Positions 50,546 to 64,000 of a stretch of 64,000 nt of DNA are shown here, piece after piece. The translations under genes were made by a program, and so were the position numbers. Within the stretch, counting starts at the first letter, position 1. Each line of letters begins with the position of its first letter. This DNA comes from Eledone cirrhosa (lineage: Eukaryota): assembly GCA_964016885.1 (NCBI GenBank), contig OZ024741.1, positions 13,392,001-13,456,000 on the forward strand, in the 5' to 3' direction. Below the pieces are notes generated by a model. The model searched no databases. It saw only the letters and a program-made list of their open reading frames with translations, and was not told the DNA's origin.

Positions 50546-50689
50546 ATCAAATCCATGAGATTTTGGTATTATTTGTTTTGAGAACAATGCCGTAACATCA
50601 GTATGAGCGGCCAGTTACAGCCAGTTTTAATAGGAAGTGAGAGAATTCTGGCTAGATATGGCCGGTTTAAATGCTAAAGAGTTAATTAA

Positions 50690-50895
50690 ATGAGTCTTTC
50701 CAAGCACAACCTCTTGCAACTTGTGTTCCTTCATCTCCTCTGTAAGTTCCAGAAATTTGAGCTCAGTTCTCACCACCTCTTCCCAGGTCTTCCTTTGGAC
50801 TTCCTCTACTGCAGCATCCTTCCACTGGGATTTCCTGGAACTTCTCTCAAACTTCATCATCCACACACATCACATGTTGCTACCAGTGCACTCTT
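50690..50895 (-). pseudogene. Degenerate RTE C-terminus (43540-type subfamily)
   Basis: RKTWEEVVRTELKFLELTEEMK. Confidence 0.7.
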
Positions 50896-51094
50896 CTTTC
50901 TTGCACACTTCATTTGATTCCTCTCATATCCAGTTTATATTGAAGCATAATTATAACATAAGGGATGGTGGTGTGGTGGAGATTGTGGTGATGACAGTGG
51001 TGGTTGTGGTGTGTCTAACATATCTTCATGGTGGTGGTGGTGTCTGTTTGTGGTGGAGGTGTGTGTAGGTGTGATACTGATAGTATCATCTGTA

Positions 51095-54000
51095 GATAAA
51101 GTCTGTAGACACACTGTCCTACATGTTCAATAGTGAGAGCAATATTATATACAGTCTTTATATACACTGTCCTACATGACAGCAATCTTATATACAGTGG
51201 TATATACACTGTCCTACATGACATCAATGTTATATACAGGGGTATGTATACACTGTACTACATGACAGCAATGTTATATACAGTGGTATATATACTGTAC
51301 TACATGAGACCAATGTTATATACAGTCTTTACATACACTGTCTTACATGACAGCAATGTTATATACAGTCTTTACATACACTGTCTTACATGACAGCAAT
51401 GTTATATACAGTGGTATATACACTGCCCTACATGACATCAATGTTATATACAGTGGTATATACACTGTCTTACATGACAGCAATGTTATATACAGTCTTT
51501 ACATACACTGTCTTACATAAACAGCAATGTTATATACAGTGGTATATACACTGCCCTACATGACAGCAATGTTATATACAGTCTTTATATACACTGTACT
51601 ACATGACAGCAATGTTATATACAGTCTTTATATACAATGTCCTACATGACAGCAATGTTATATACAGTCTTTATATACAATGTCCTACATGACAGCAATG
51701 TTATATACAGTGGTATATACACTGTCCTACATGACAGCAATGTTATATACAGTCTTTATATACACTGTACTACATGAGAGCAATGTTATATACAGTCTTT
51801 ATATACACTGTCCTACATGACAGCAATGGTATATAGTCTTTATATACACTGTCCTACATGACAGCAATGGTATATACAGTCTTTATATACACTGTCCTAC
51901 ATGACAGCAATGGTATATAGTCTTTATATACACTGTCCTACATGACAGCAATGGTATATACAGTCTTTATATACACTGTCCTACATGACAGCAATGTTAT
52001 ATACAGTCTTTATATACACTGTTCTACATGGCAGCAATGTTATATACAGTCTTTATATACAATGTCCTACATGACAGCAATGGTATATAGTCTTTATATA
52101 CACTGTCCTACATGACAGCAATGGTATATACAGTCTTTATATACAATGTCCTACATGACAGCAATGTTATATATAGTCTTTATATACAATGTCCTACATG
52201 ACATCAATGTTATATACAGTCTTTATATACACTGTCCTACATGACAGCAATGTTATATACAGTCTTTATATACACTGTCCTACATGACAGCAATGTTATA
52301 TACAGTCTTTATATACACTGTTCTACATGACAACAATGTTATATACAGTCTTTATATACAATGTCCTACATGACAGCAATGGTATATAGTCTTTATATAC
52401 ACTGTCCTACATGACAGCAATGGTATATACAGTCTTTATATACAATGTCCTACATGACAGCAATGTTATATATAGTCTTTATATACAATGTCCTACATGA
52501 CATCAATGTTATATACAGTCTTTATATACACTGTCCTACATGACAGCAATGTTATATACAGTCTTTATATACACTGTCCTACATGACAGCAATGTTATAT
52601 ACAGTCTTTATATACACTGTTCTACATGACAGCAATGTTATATACAGTCTTTATATACAATGTCCTACATGACAGCAATGGTATATAGTCTTTATATACA
52701 CTGTCCTACATGACAGCAATGGTATATACAGTCTTTATATACAATGTCCTACATGACAGCAATGTTATATATAGTCTTTATATACAATGTCCTACATGAC
52801 ATCAATGTTATATACAGTCTTTATATACACTGTCCTACATGACAGCAATGTTATATACAGTCTTTATATACAATGTCCTACATGACAGCAATGTTATATA
52901 CAGTCTTTATATATACTGTCCTACATGACAGCAATGTTATATACAGTCTTTATATACACTGTCCTACATGACAGCAATGTTATATACAGTCTTTATATAC
53001 ACTGTCCTACGACAGCAATGTTATATACAGTCTTTATATACACTGTCCTACATGACAACAATGTTATATACAGTCTTTATATACACTGTCCTACATGACA
53101 GCAATGTTATATACAGTCTTTATATACAATGTCCTACATGACACCAATGTTATATACAGTCTTTATATACACTGTCCTACATGACAGCAATGTTATATAC
53201 AGTCTTTATATACACTGTCCTACATGACAGCAATGTTATATACAGTGGTATATACACTGTCCTACATGACAGCAATGTTATATAGTCTTTATATACACTG
53301 TACTACATGAGAGCAATGTTATATACAGTCTTTATATACACTGTCCTACATGACAGCAATGTTATATACAGTCTTTATATACACTGTCCTACATGACAGC
53401 AATGGTATATAGTCTTTATATACACTGTTCTACATGACAACAATGTTATATACAGTCTTTATATACACTGTCCTACATGACAGCAATGTTATATACAGTC
53501 TTTATATACACTGTCCTACATGACAGCAATGTTATATACAGTCTTTATATACAATGTCCTACATGACAGAAATGTTATATATAGTCTTTATATACAATGT
53601 CCTACATGACATCAATGTTATATACAGTCTTTATATACACTGTCCTACATGACAGCAATGTTATATACAGTCTTTATATACACTGTCCGACATGACAGCA
53701 ATGTTATATACAGTCTTTATATACACTGTCCTACATGACAGCAATGTTATATACAGTCTTTATATACACTGTCCTACATGACAGCAATGTTATATACAGT
53801 CTTTATATACAATGTCCTACATGACAGCAATGTTATATACAGTCTTTATATACAATGTCCTACATGACAGCAATGTTATATACAGTGGTAGATACACTGT
53901 CCTACATGACATCAATGTTATATACAGGGGTATGTATACACTGTACTACATGACAGCAATGTTATACACAGTGATATACACACTGTCCTACATGACAGCA

Positions 54001-57000
54001 ATGTTATATACAGTCTTTATATACGCTATCCTACATGACAGCAATGTTATATAGTCTTTATATACACTGTCCTACATGACAGCAATGGTATATAGTCTTT
54101 ATATACACTGTCCTACATGACAGCAATGGTATATAGTCTTTATATACAATGTCCTACATGACAGCAATGCTATATACAGTCTTTATATACACTGTTCTAC
54201 ATGACAGCAATGTTATATACAGTCTTTATATACACTGTCCTACATGACATCAATGGTATATAGTCTTTATATACACTGTACTACATGAGAGCAATGTTAT
54301 ATACAGTCTTTATATACAATGTCCTACATGACAGCAATGTTATATACAGTGGTATATACACTGTCCTACATGACAGCAATGTGATATACTGTCTTTATAT
54401 ACACTGTACTACATGACAGCAATGTTATATACAGTCTTTATATACACTGTTCTACATGACAGCAATGTTATATACAGTCTTTATATACACTGTACTACAT
54501 GAGAGCAATGTTATATACAGTCTTTATATACACTGTACTACATGAGAGCAATGTTATATACAGTCTTTATATACACTGTACTACATGACAGCAATGTTAT
54601 ATACAGTCTTTATATACACTGTCCTACATGACAGCAATGGTATATAGTCTTTATATACACTGTACTACATGACAGCAATGTTATATACAGTCTTTATATA
54701 CAATGTCCTACATGACAGCAATGTTATATACAGTGGTATATACACTGTCCTACATGACAGCAATGTGATATACAGTCTTTATATACACTGCCCTACATGA
54801 CAGCAATGTGATATACAGTCTTTATATACACTGTACTACATGACAGCAATGTTATATACAGTGGTATATATACTGTACTACATGAGACCAATGTTATATA
54901 CAGTCTTTATATACACTGTACTACATGACAGCAATGGTATATAGTCTTTATATACACTGTCCTACATGACAGCAATGTTATATACAGTCTTTATATACAC
55001 TATCCTACATGACAGCAATGTTATATACAGTCTTTATATACATTGTCCTACATGACAACAATGGTATATAGTCTTTATATACACTGTCCTACATGACAGC
55101 AATGGTATGTAGTCTTTATATACACTGTCCTACATGACAGCAATGGTATATAGTCTTTATATACAATGTTCTACATGACAGCAATGTTATATACAGTCTT
55201 TATATACACTGTCCTACATGACAGCAATGGTATATAGTCTTTATATACACTGTGTATATAAAGACTGTATATAACATTGCTCTCATGTAGTACAGTGTAT
55301 ATAAAGACTATATACCATTGCTGTCATGTAGGACAGTGTATATAAAGACTTTATATAACATTGCTGTCATGTGGGACAAAGTCTTTATATACACTGTTCT
55401 ACATGACAGCAATGTTATATACAGTCTTTATATACACTGTCCTACATGACAGCACTTATCTACAGTGGTATATACACTGTGCTACATGACAGCAATGTTA
55501 TATACAGTCTTTATATACACTATACTACATGACAGCAATGTTATATATCGTCTTTATATACAATGTCCTACATGACAGCAATGTTATATACAGTGGTATA
55601 TACACTGTCCTACATGACAGCAATGTTATATACAGTCTTTATATACACTGTCCTACATGACAATAATGTTTTATAGTCTTTATCTACACTGTTCTACATG
55701 ACAGCAATGTGATATACAGTCTTTATATACACTGTCCTACATGACAGCAATGTTATATAGTCTTTATAAACACTGTCCTACATGACAGCAATGTTATATA
55801 CAGTGGTATATACACTGCCCTACATGACAGCAATGTTATATACAGTGGTATATACACTGTCCCACGTGACAGCAATGTTATATACAGTCTTTATATACAC
55901 TGTTCTACATGACATCAATGTTATATACAGTCTTTATATACACTGTTCTACATGACAGCAATGTTATATACAGTCTTTATATACACTGTTCTACATGACA
56001 GCAATGTTATATACAGTCTTTATATACAATGTCCTACATGACAGCAATGGTATATACAGTCTTTATATACAATGTCCTACATGACAGCAATGTTATATAT
56101 AGTCTTTATATACAATGTCCTACATGACATCAATGTTATATACAGTCTTTATATACACTGTCCTACATGACAGCAATGTTATATACAGTCTTTATATACA
56201 ATGTCCTACATGACAGCAATGTTATATACAGTCTTTATATACACTGTCCTACATGACAGCAATGTTATATACAGTCTTTATATACACTGTCCTACATGAC
56301 AGCAATGTTATATACAGTCTTTATATACACTGTCCTACATGACAGCAATGTTATATACAGTCTTTATATACACTGTCCTACATGACAACAATGTTATATA
56401 CAGTCTTTATATACACTGTCCTACATGACAGCAATGTTATATACAGTCTTTATATACAATGTCCTACATGACAGCAATGTTATATACAGTCTTTATATAC
56501 ACTGTCCTACATGACAGCAATGTTATATACAGTCTTTATATACACTGTCCTACATGACAGCAATGTTATATACAGTGGTATATACACTGTCCTACATGAC
56601 AGCAATGTTATATAGTCTTTATATACACTGTACTACATGAGAGCAATGTTATATACAGACTTTATATACACTGTCCTACATGACAGCAATGTTATATACA
56701 GTCTTTATATACACTGTCCTACATGACAGCAATGGTATATAGTCTTTATATACACTGTTCTACATGACAGCAATGTTATATACAGTCTTTATATACACTG
56801 TCCTACATGACAGCAATGTTATATACAGTCTTTATATACACTGTCCTACATGACAGCAATGTTATATACAGTCTTTATATACAATGTCCTACATGACAGA
56901 AATGTTATATATAGTCTTTATATACAATGTCCTACATGACATCAATGTTATATACAGTCTTTATATACACTGTCCTACATGACAGCAATGTTATATACAG

Positions 57001-60000
57001 TCTTTATATACACTGTCCGACATGACAGCAATGTTATATACAGTCTTTATATACACTGTCCTACATGACAGCAATGTTATATACAGTCTTTATATACACT
57101 GTCCTACATGACAGCAATGTTATATACAGTCTTTATATACAATGTCCTACATGACAGCAATGTTATATACAGTCTTTATATACAATGTCCTACATGACAG
57201 CAATGTTATATACAGTGGTAGATACACTGTCCTACATGACATCAATGTTATATACAGGGGTATGTATACACTGTACTACATGACAGCAATGTTATATACA
57301 GTGATATACACACTGTCCTACATGACAGCAATGTTATATACAGTCTTTATATACACTATCCTACATGACAGCAATGTTATATAGTCTTTATATACACTGT
57401 CCTACATGACAGCAATGGTATATAGTCTTTATATACACTGTCCTACATGACAGCAATGGTATATAGTCTGTATATACAATGTCCTACATGACAGCAATGT
57501 TATATACAGTCTTTATATACAGTTCTACATGACAGCAATGTTATATACAGTCTTTATATACACTGTCCTACATGACAGCAATGGTATATAGTCTTTATAT
57601 ACATTGTACTACATGAGAGCAATGTTATATACAGTCTTTATATACAATGTCCTACATGACAGCAATGTTATATACAGTGGTATATACACTGTCCTACATG
57701 ACAGCAATGTGATATACTGTCTTTATATACACTGTACTACATGACAGCAATGTTATATACAGTCTTTATATACACTGTTCTACATGACAGCAATGTTATA
57801 TACAGTCTTTATATACACTGTACTACATGAGAGCAATGTTATATACAGTCTTTATATACACTGTACTACATGAGAGCAATGTTATATACAGTCTTTATAT
57901 ACACTGTACTACATGACAGCAATGTTATATACAGTCTTTATATACACTGTCCTACATGACAGCAATGGTATATAGTCTTTATATACACTGTACTACATGA
58001 CAGCAATGTTATATACAGTCTTTATATACAATGTCCTACATGACAGCAATGTCATATACAGTGGTATATACACTGTCCTACATGACAGCAATGTGATATA
58101 CAGTCTTTATATACACTGCCCTACATGACAGCAATGGTATATAGTCTTTATATACACTGTTCTACATGACAGCAATGTTATATACAGTCTTTATATACAC
58201 TGTCCTACATGACAGCACTTATCTACAGTGGTATATACACTGTGCTACATGACAGCAATGTTATATACAGTCTTTATATACACTATACTACATGACAGCA
58301 ATGTTATATATAGTCTTTATATACAATGTCCTACATGACAGCAATGTTATATACAGTGGTATATACACTGTCCTACATGACAGCAATGTTATATACAGTC
58401 TTTATATACACTGTCCTACATGACAATAATGTTTTATAGTCTTTATCTACACTGTTCTACATGACAGCAATGTGATATACAGTCTTTATATACACTGTCC
58501 TACATGACAGCAATGTTATATAGTCTTTATAAACACTGTCCTACATGACAGCAATGTTATATACAGTGGTATATACACTGCCCTACATGACAGCAATGTT
58601 ATATACAGTGGTATATACACTGTCCCACGTGACAGCAATGTTATATACAGTCTTTATATACACTGTTCTACATGACAGAAATGTTATATACAGTCTTTAT
58701 ATACACTGTCGTACATGACAGCACTTATATACAGTCTTTATATACACTGTCCTACATGACAGCACTTATATACAGTGGTATATACACTGCCCTACATGAC
58801 AGCAATGTTATATACAGTGGTATATACAGTGTCCCACATGACAGCAATGTTATATAAAGTCTTTATATACACTGTTCTACATGACAGCAATGTTATATAC
58901 AGTCTTTATATACACTGTACTACATGACAGCAATGTTATATACAGTATTTATATACACTGTACTACATGAGAGCAATGTTATATACAGTCTTTATATACA
59001 CTGTCATACATGATAGCAATGTGATATACAATCTTTCTATACACTGTACTACATGAGAGCAATGTTATATACAGCTTTATATACACTGTACTACATGAGA
59101 GCAATGTTATATACAGTCTTTATATACACTGTCCTACATGACAGCAATGGTATATAGTCTTTATATACACTGTACTACATGACAGCAATGTTATATACAG
59201 TCTTTATATACAATGTCCTACATGACAGCAATGTTATATACAGTGGTATATACACTGTCCTACATGACAGCAATGTTATATAAAGTCTTTATATACACTG
59301 CCCTACATGACAGCAATGTGATATACAGTCTTTATATACACTGTACTACATGACAGCAAAGTTATATACAGTGGTATATACACTGTACTACGTGAGAGCA
59401 ATGTTATATACAGTCTTTATATACACTGTACTACATGACAGCAATGGTATATAGTCTTTATATACACTGTCCTACATGACAGCAATGTTATATACAGTCT
59501 TTATATACACTATCCTACATGACAGCAATGTTATATACAGTCTTTATATACAATGTCCTACATGACAGCAATGTTATATACAGTCTTTATATACACTATC
59601 CTACATGACAGCAATGTTATATACAGTCTTTATATACACTGTCCTACATGACAGCAATGGTATATAGTCTTTATATACACTGTCCTACATGACAGCAATG
59701 GTATATAGTCCTTATATACACTGTCCTACATGACACCAATGGTATATAGTCTTTATATACAATGTTCTACATGACAGCAATGTTATATACAGTCTTTATA
59801 TACACTGTCCAACATGACAGCAATGGTATATAGTCTTTATATACACTGTGTATATAAAGACTGTATATAACATTGCTCTCATGTAGTACAGTGTATATAA
59901 AGACTATATACCATTGCTGTCATGTAGGACAGTGTATATAAAGACTTTATATAACATTGCTGTCATGTGGGACAGTCTTTATATACACTGTTCTACATGA

Positions 60001-63000
60001 CAGCAATGTTATATACAGTCTTTATATACACTGTCGTACATGACAGCACTTATATACAGTCTTTATATACACTGTCCTACATGACAGCACTTATCTACAG
60101 TGGTATATACACTGTGCTACATGACAGCAATGTTATATACAGTCTTTATATACACTGTACTACATGACAGCAATGTTATATATAGTCTTTATATACAATG
60201 TCCTACATGACAGCAATGTTATATACAGTGGTATATACACTGTCCTACATGACAGCAATGGTATATAGTCTTTATATACACTGTGCTACATGACAGCAAT
60301 GTTTTATAGTCTTTATCTACACTGTTCTACATGACAGCAATGTGATATACAGTCTTTATATACACTGTCCTACATGACAGCAATGTTATATAGTCTTTAT
60401 AAACACTGTCCTACATGACAGCAATGTTATATGCAGTGGTATATACACTGCCCTACATGACAGCAATGTTATATACAGTGGTATATACACTGTCCCACAT
60501 GACAGCAATGTTATATACAGTCTTTATATACACTGTTCTACATGACAGCAATGTTATATACAGTCTTTATATACACTGTCGTACATGACAGCACTTATAT
60601 ACAGTCTTTATATACACTGTCCTACATGACAGCACTTATATACAGTGGTATATACACTGCCCTACATGACAGCAATGTTATATACAGTGGTATATACAGT
60701 GTCCCACATGACAGCAATGTTATATAAAGTCTTTATATACACTGTTCTACATGACAGCAATGTTATATACAGTCTTTATATACACTGTCCTACATGACAG
60801 CACTTATTTACAGTGGTATATACACTGCCCTACATGACAGCAATGTTATATACAGTGGTATATACACTGTGCTACATGACAGCAATGTTATATACAGTCT
60901 TTATATACACTGTACTACATGACAGCAATGTTATATACAGTCTTTATATACACTGTCCTACATGACAGCAATGTGATATACAGTCTTTATATACACTGTA
61001 CTACATGACAGCAATGTTATATACAGTGGTATATATACTGTACTACATGAGACCAATGTTATATACAGTCTTTATATACACTGTACTACATGACAGCAAT
61101 GGTATATAGTCTTTATATACACTGTCCTACATGACAGCAATGTTATATACAGTCTTTATATACACTATCCTACATGACAGCAATGTTATATACAGTCTTT
61201 ATATACATTGTCCTACATGACAACAATGGTATATAGTCTTTATATACACTGTCCTACATGACAGCAATGGTATATAGTCTTTATATACACTGTCCTACAT
61301 GACAGCAATGGTATATAGTCTTTATATACACTGTGTATATAAAGACTGTATATAACATTGCTCTCATGTAGTACAGTGTATATAAAGACTATATACCATT
61401 GCTGTCATGTAGGACAGTGTATATAAAGACTTTATATAACATTGCTGTCATGTGGGACAAAGTCTTTATATACACTGTTCTACATGACAGCAATGTTATA
61501 TACAGTCTTTATATACACTGTCCTACATGACAGCACTTATCTACAGTGGTATATACACTGTGCTACATGACAGCAATGTTATATACAGTCTTTATATACA
61601 CTATACTACATGACAGCAATGTTATATATAGTCTTTATATACAATGTCCTACATGACAGCAATGTTATATACAGTGGTATATACACTGTCCTACATGACA
61701 GCAATGTTATATACAGTCTTTATATACACTGTCCTACATGACAATAATGTTTTATAGTCTTTATCTACACTGTTCTACATGACAGCAATGTGATATACAG
61801 TCTTTATATACACTGTCCTACATGACAGCAATGTTATATAGTCTTTATAAACACTGTCCTACATGACAGCAATGTTATATACAGTGGTATATACACTGCC
61901 CTACATGACAGCAATGTTATATACAGTGGTATATACACTGTCCCACGTGACAGCAATGTTATATACAGTCTTTATATACACTGTTCTACATGACATCAAT
62001 GTTATATACAGTCTTTATATACACTGTTCTACATGACAGCAATGTTATATACAGTCTTTATATACACTGTTCTACATGACAGCAATGTTATATACAGTCT
62101 TTATATACAATGTCCTACATGACAGCAATGGTATATAGTCTTTATATACACTGTCCTACATGACAACAATGGTATATACAGTCTTTATATACAATGTCCT
62201 ACATGACAGCAATGTTATATATAGTCTTTATATACAATGTCCTACATGACATCAATGTTATATACAGTCTTTATATACACTGTCCTACATGACAGCAATG
62301 TTATATACAGTCTTTATATACAATGTCCTACATGACAGCAATGTTATATACAGTCTTTATATACACTGTCTTACATGACAGCAATGTTATATACAGTCTT
62401 TATATACACTGTCCTACATGACAGCAATGTTATATACAGTCTTTATATACACTGTCCTACATGACAGCAATGTTATATACAGTCTTTATATACACTGTCC
62501 TACATGACAACAATGTTATATACAGTCTTTATATACAATGTCCTACATGACAGCAATGTTATATACAGTCTTTATATACACTGTCCTACATGACAGCAAT
62601 GTTATATACAGTCTTTATATACACTGTCCTACATGACAGCAATGTTATATACAGTGGTATATACACTGTCCTACATGACAGCAATGTTATATAGTCTTTA
62701 TATACACTGTACTACATGAGAACAATGTTATATACAGTCTTTATATACACTGTCCTACATGACAGAAATGTTATATACAGTCTTTATATACACTGTCGTA
62801 CATGACAGCACTTATATACAGTCTTTATATACACTGTCCTACATGACAGCACTTATATACAGTGGTATATACACTGCCCTACATGACAGCAATGTTATAT
62901 ACAGTGGTATATACAGTGTCCCACATGACAGCAATGTTATATAAAGTCTTTATATACACTGTTCTACATGACAGCAATGTTATATACAGTCTTTATATAC

Positions 63001-64000
63001 ACTGTACTACATGACAGCAATGTTATATACAGTATTTATATACACTGTACTACATGAGAGCAATGTTATATACAGTCTTTATATACACTGTCATACATGA
63101 TAGCAATGTGATATACAATCTTTCTATACACTGTACTACATGAGAGCAATGTTATATACAGCTTTATATACACTGTACTACATGAGAGCAATGTTATATA
63201 CAGTCTTTATATACACTGTCCTACATGACAGCAATGGTATATAGTCTTTATATACACTGTACTACATGACAGCAATGTTATATACAGTCTTTATATACAA
63301 TGTCCTACATGACAGCAATGTTATATACAGTGGTATATACACTGTCCTACATGACAGCAATGTTATATAAAGTCTTTATATACACTGCCCTACATGACAG
63401 CAATGTGATATACAGTCTTTATATACACTGTACTACATGACAGCAAAGTTATATACAGTGGTATATACACTGTACTACGTGAGAGCAATGTTATATACAG
63501 TCTTTATATACACTGTACTACATGACAGCAATGGTATATAGTCTTTATATACACTGTCCTACATGACAGCAATGTTATATACAGTCTTTATATACACTAT
63601 CCTACATGACAGCAATGTTATATACAGTCTTTATATACAATGTCCTACATGACAGCAATGTTATATACAGTCTTTATATACACTATCCTACATGACAGCA
63701 ATGTTATATACAGTCTTTATATACACTGTCCTACATGACAGCAATGGTATATAGTCTTTATATACACTGTCCTACATGACAGCAATGGTATATAGTCCTT
63801 ATATACACTGTCCTACATGACACCAATGGTATATAGTCTTTATATACAATGTTCTACATGACAGCAATGTTATATACAGTCTTTATATACACTGTCCAAC
63901 ATGACAGCAATGGTATATAGTCTTTATATACACTGTGTATATAAAGACTGTATATAACATTGCTCTCATGTAGTACAGTGTATATAAAGACTATATACCA
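51095..64000 (+). repeat. 41-43-bp satellite, more than 12.9 kb, running off the window end
   Basis: Unit tatacactgtcctacatgacagcaatgttatatacagtcttta, with 41- and 42-bp variants; four internal inversions. Confidence 0.97.

Larger units (their letters stand above)
48271..50685. mobile_element. piggyBac-like MITE expanded by a 72-bp array and a LINE insertion
   Basis: TTAA at both ends; 50540-50685 matches 7965-8111; left end matches 7897-7970. Confidence 0.8.

Overview
Eukaryotic, repeat-saturated, gene-free 64-kb window. The SINE/LINE repertoire and microsatellite density resemble octopus (coleoid cephalopod) DNA; this is an inference from recalled sequence style, not a search result. No host protein-coding gene is supported, and all very long ORFs are translations of satellite DNA. 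Contents: (1) A decayed, 5'-truncated RTE-clade LINE at 11378-14358 (+), with AP endonuclease and RT (YADD). It carries a C4HC3 PHD-type finger inside the RT, and a second copy at 44325-45559 (-) has the same finger; many short RTE 3' tails end in (GAT)n. (2) A Penelope-like element at 38962-41027 (-), with RT thumb, GIY-YIG and an inverted pLTR. (3) A cluster of palindromic, (TA)n-embedded PLE-type fragments at 36.8-38.9 kb plus one at 28.1 kb, several with type I hammerhead ribozyme motifs mirrored on both strands. (4) L1/Tx1-type 3' fragments, tRNA-type SINEs, and Tc1/mariner-, piggyBac(TTAA)- and Harbinger-like MITEs. (5) More than ten distinct tandem arrays, several seeded from transposon sub-sequences present in the same window. 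The terminal 43-bp satellite has kb-scale higher-order duplications and four copies of one internal inversion.
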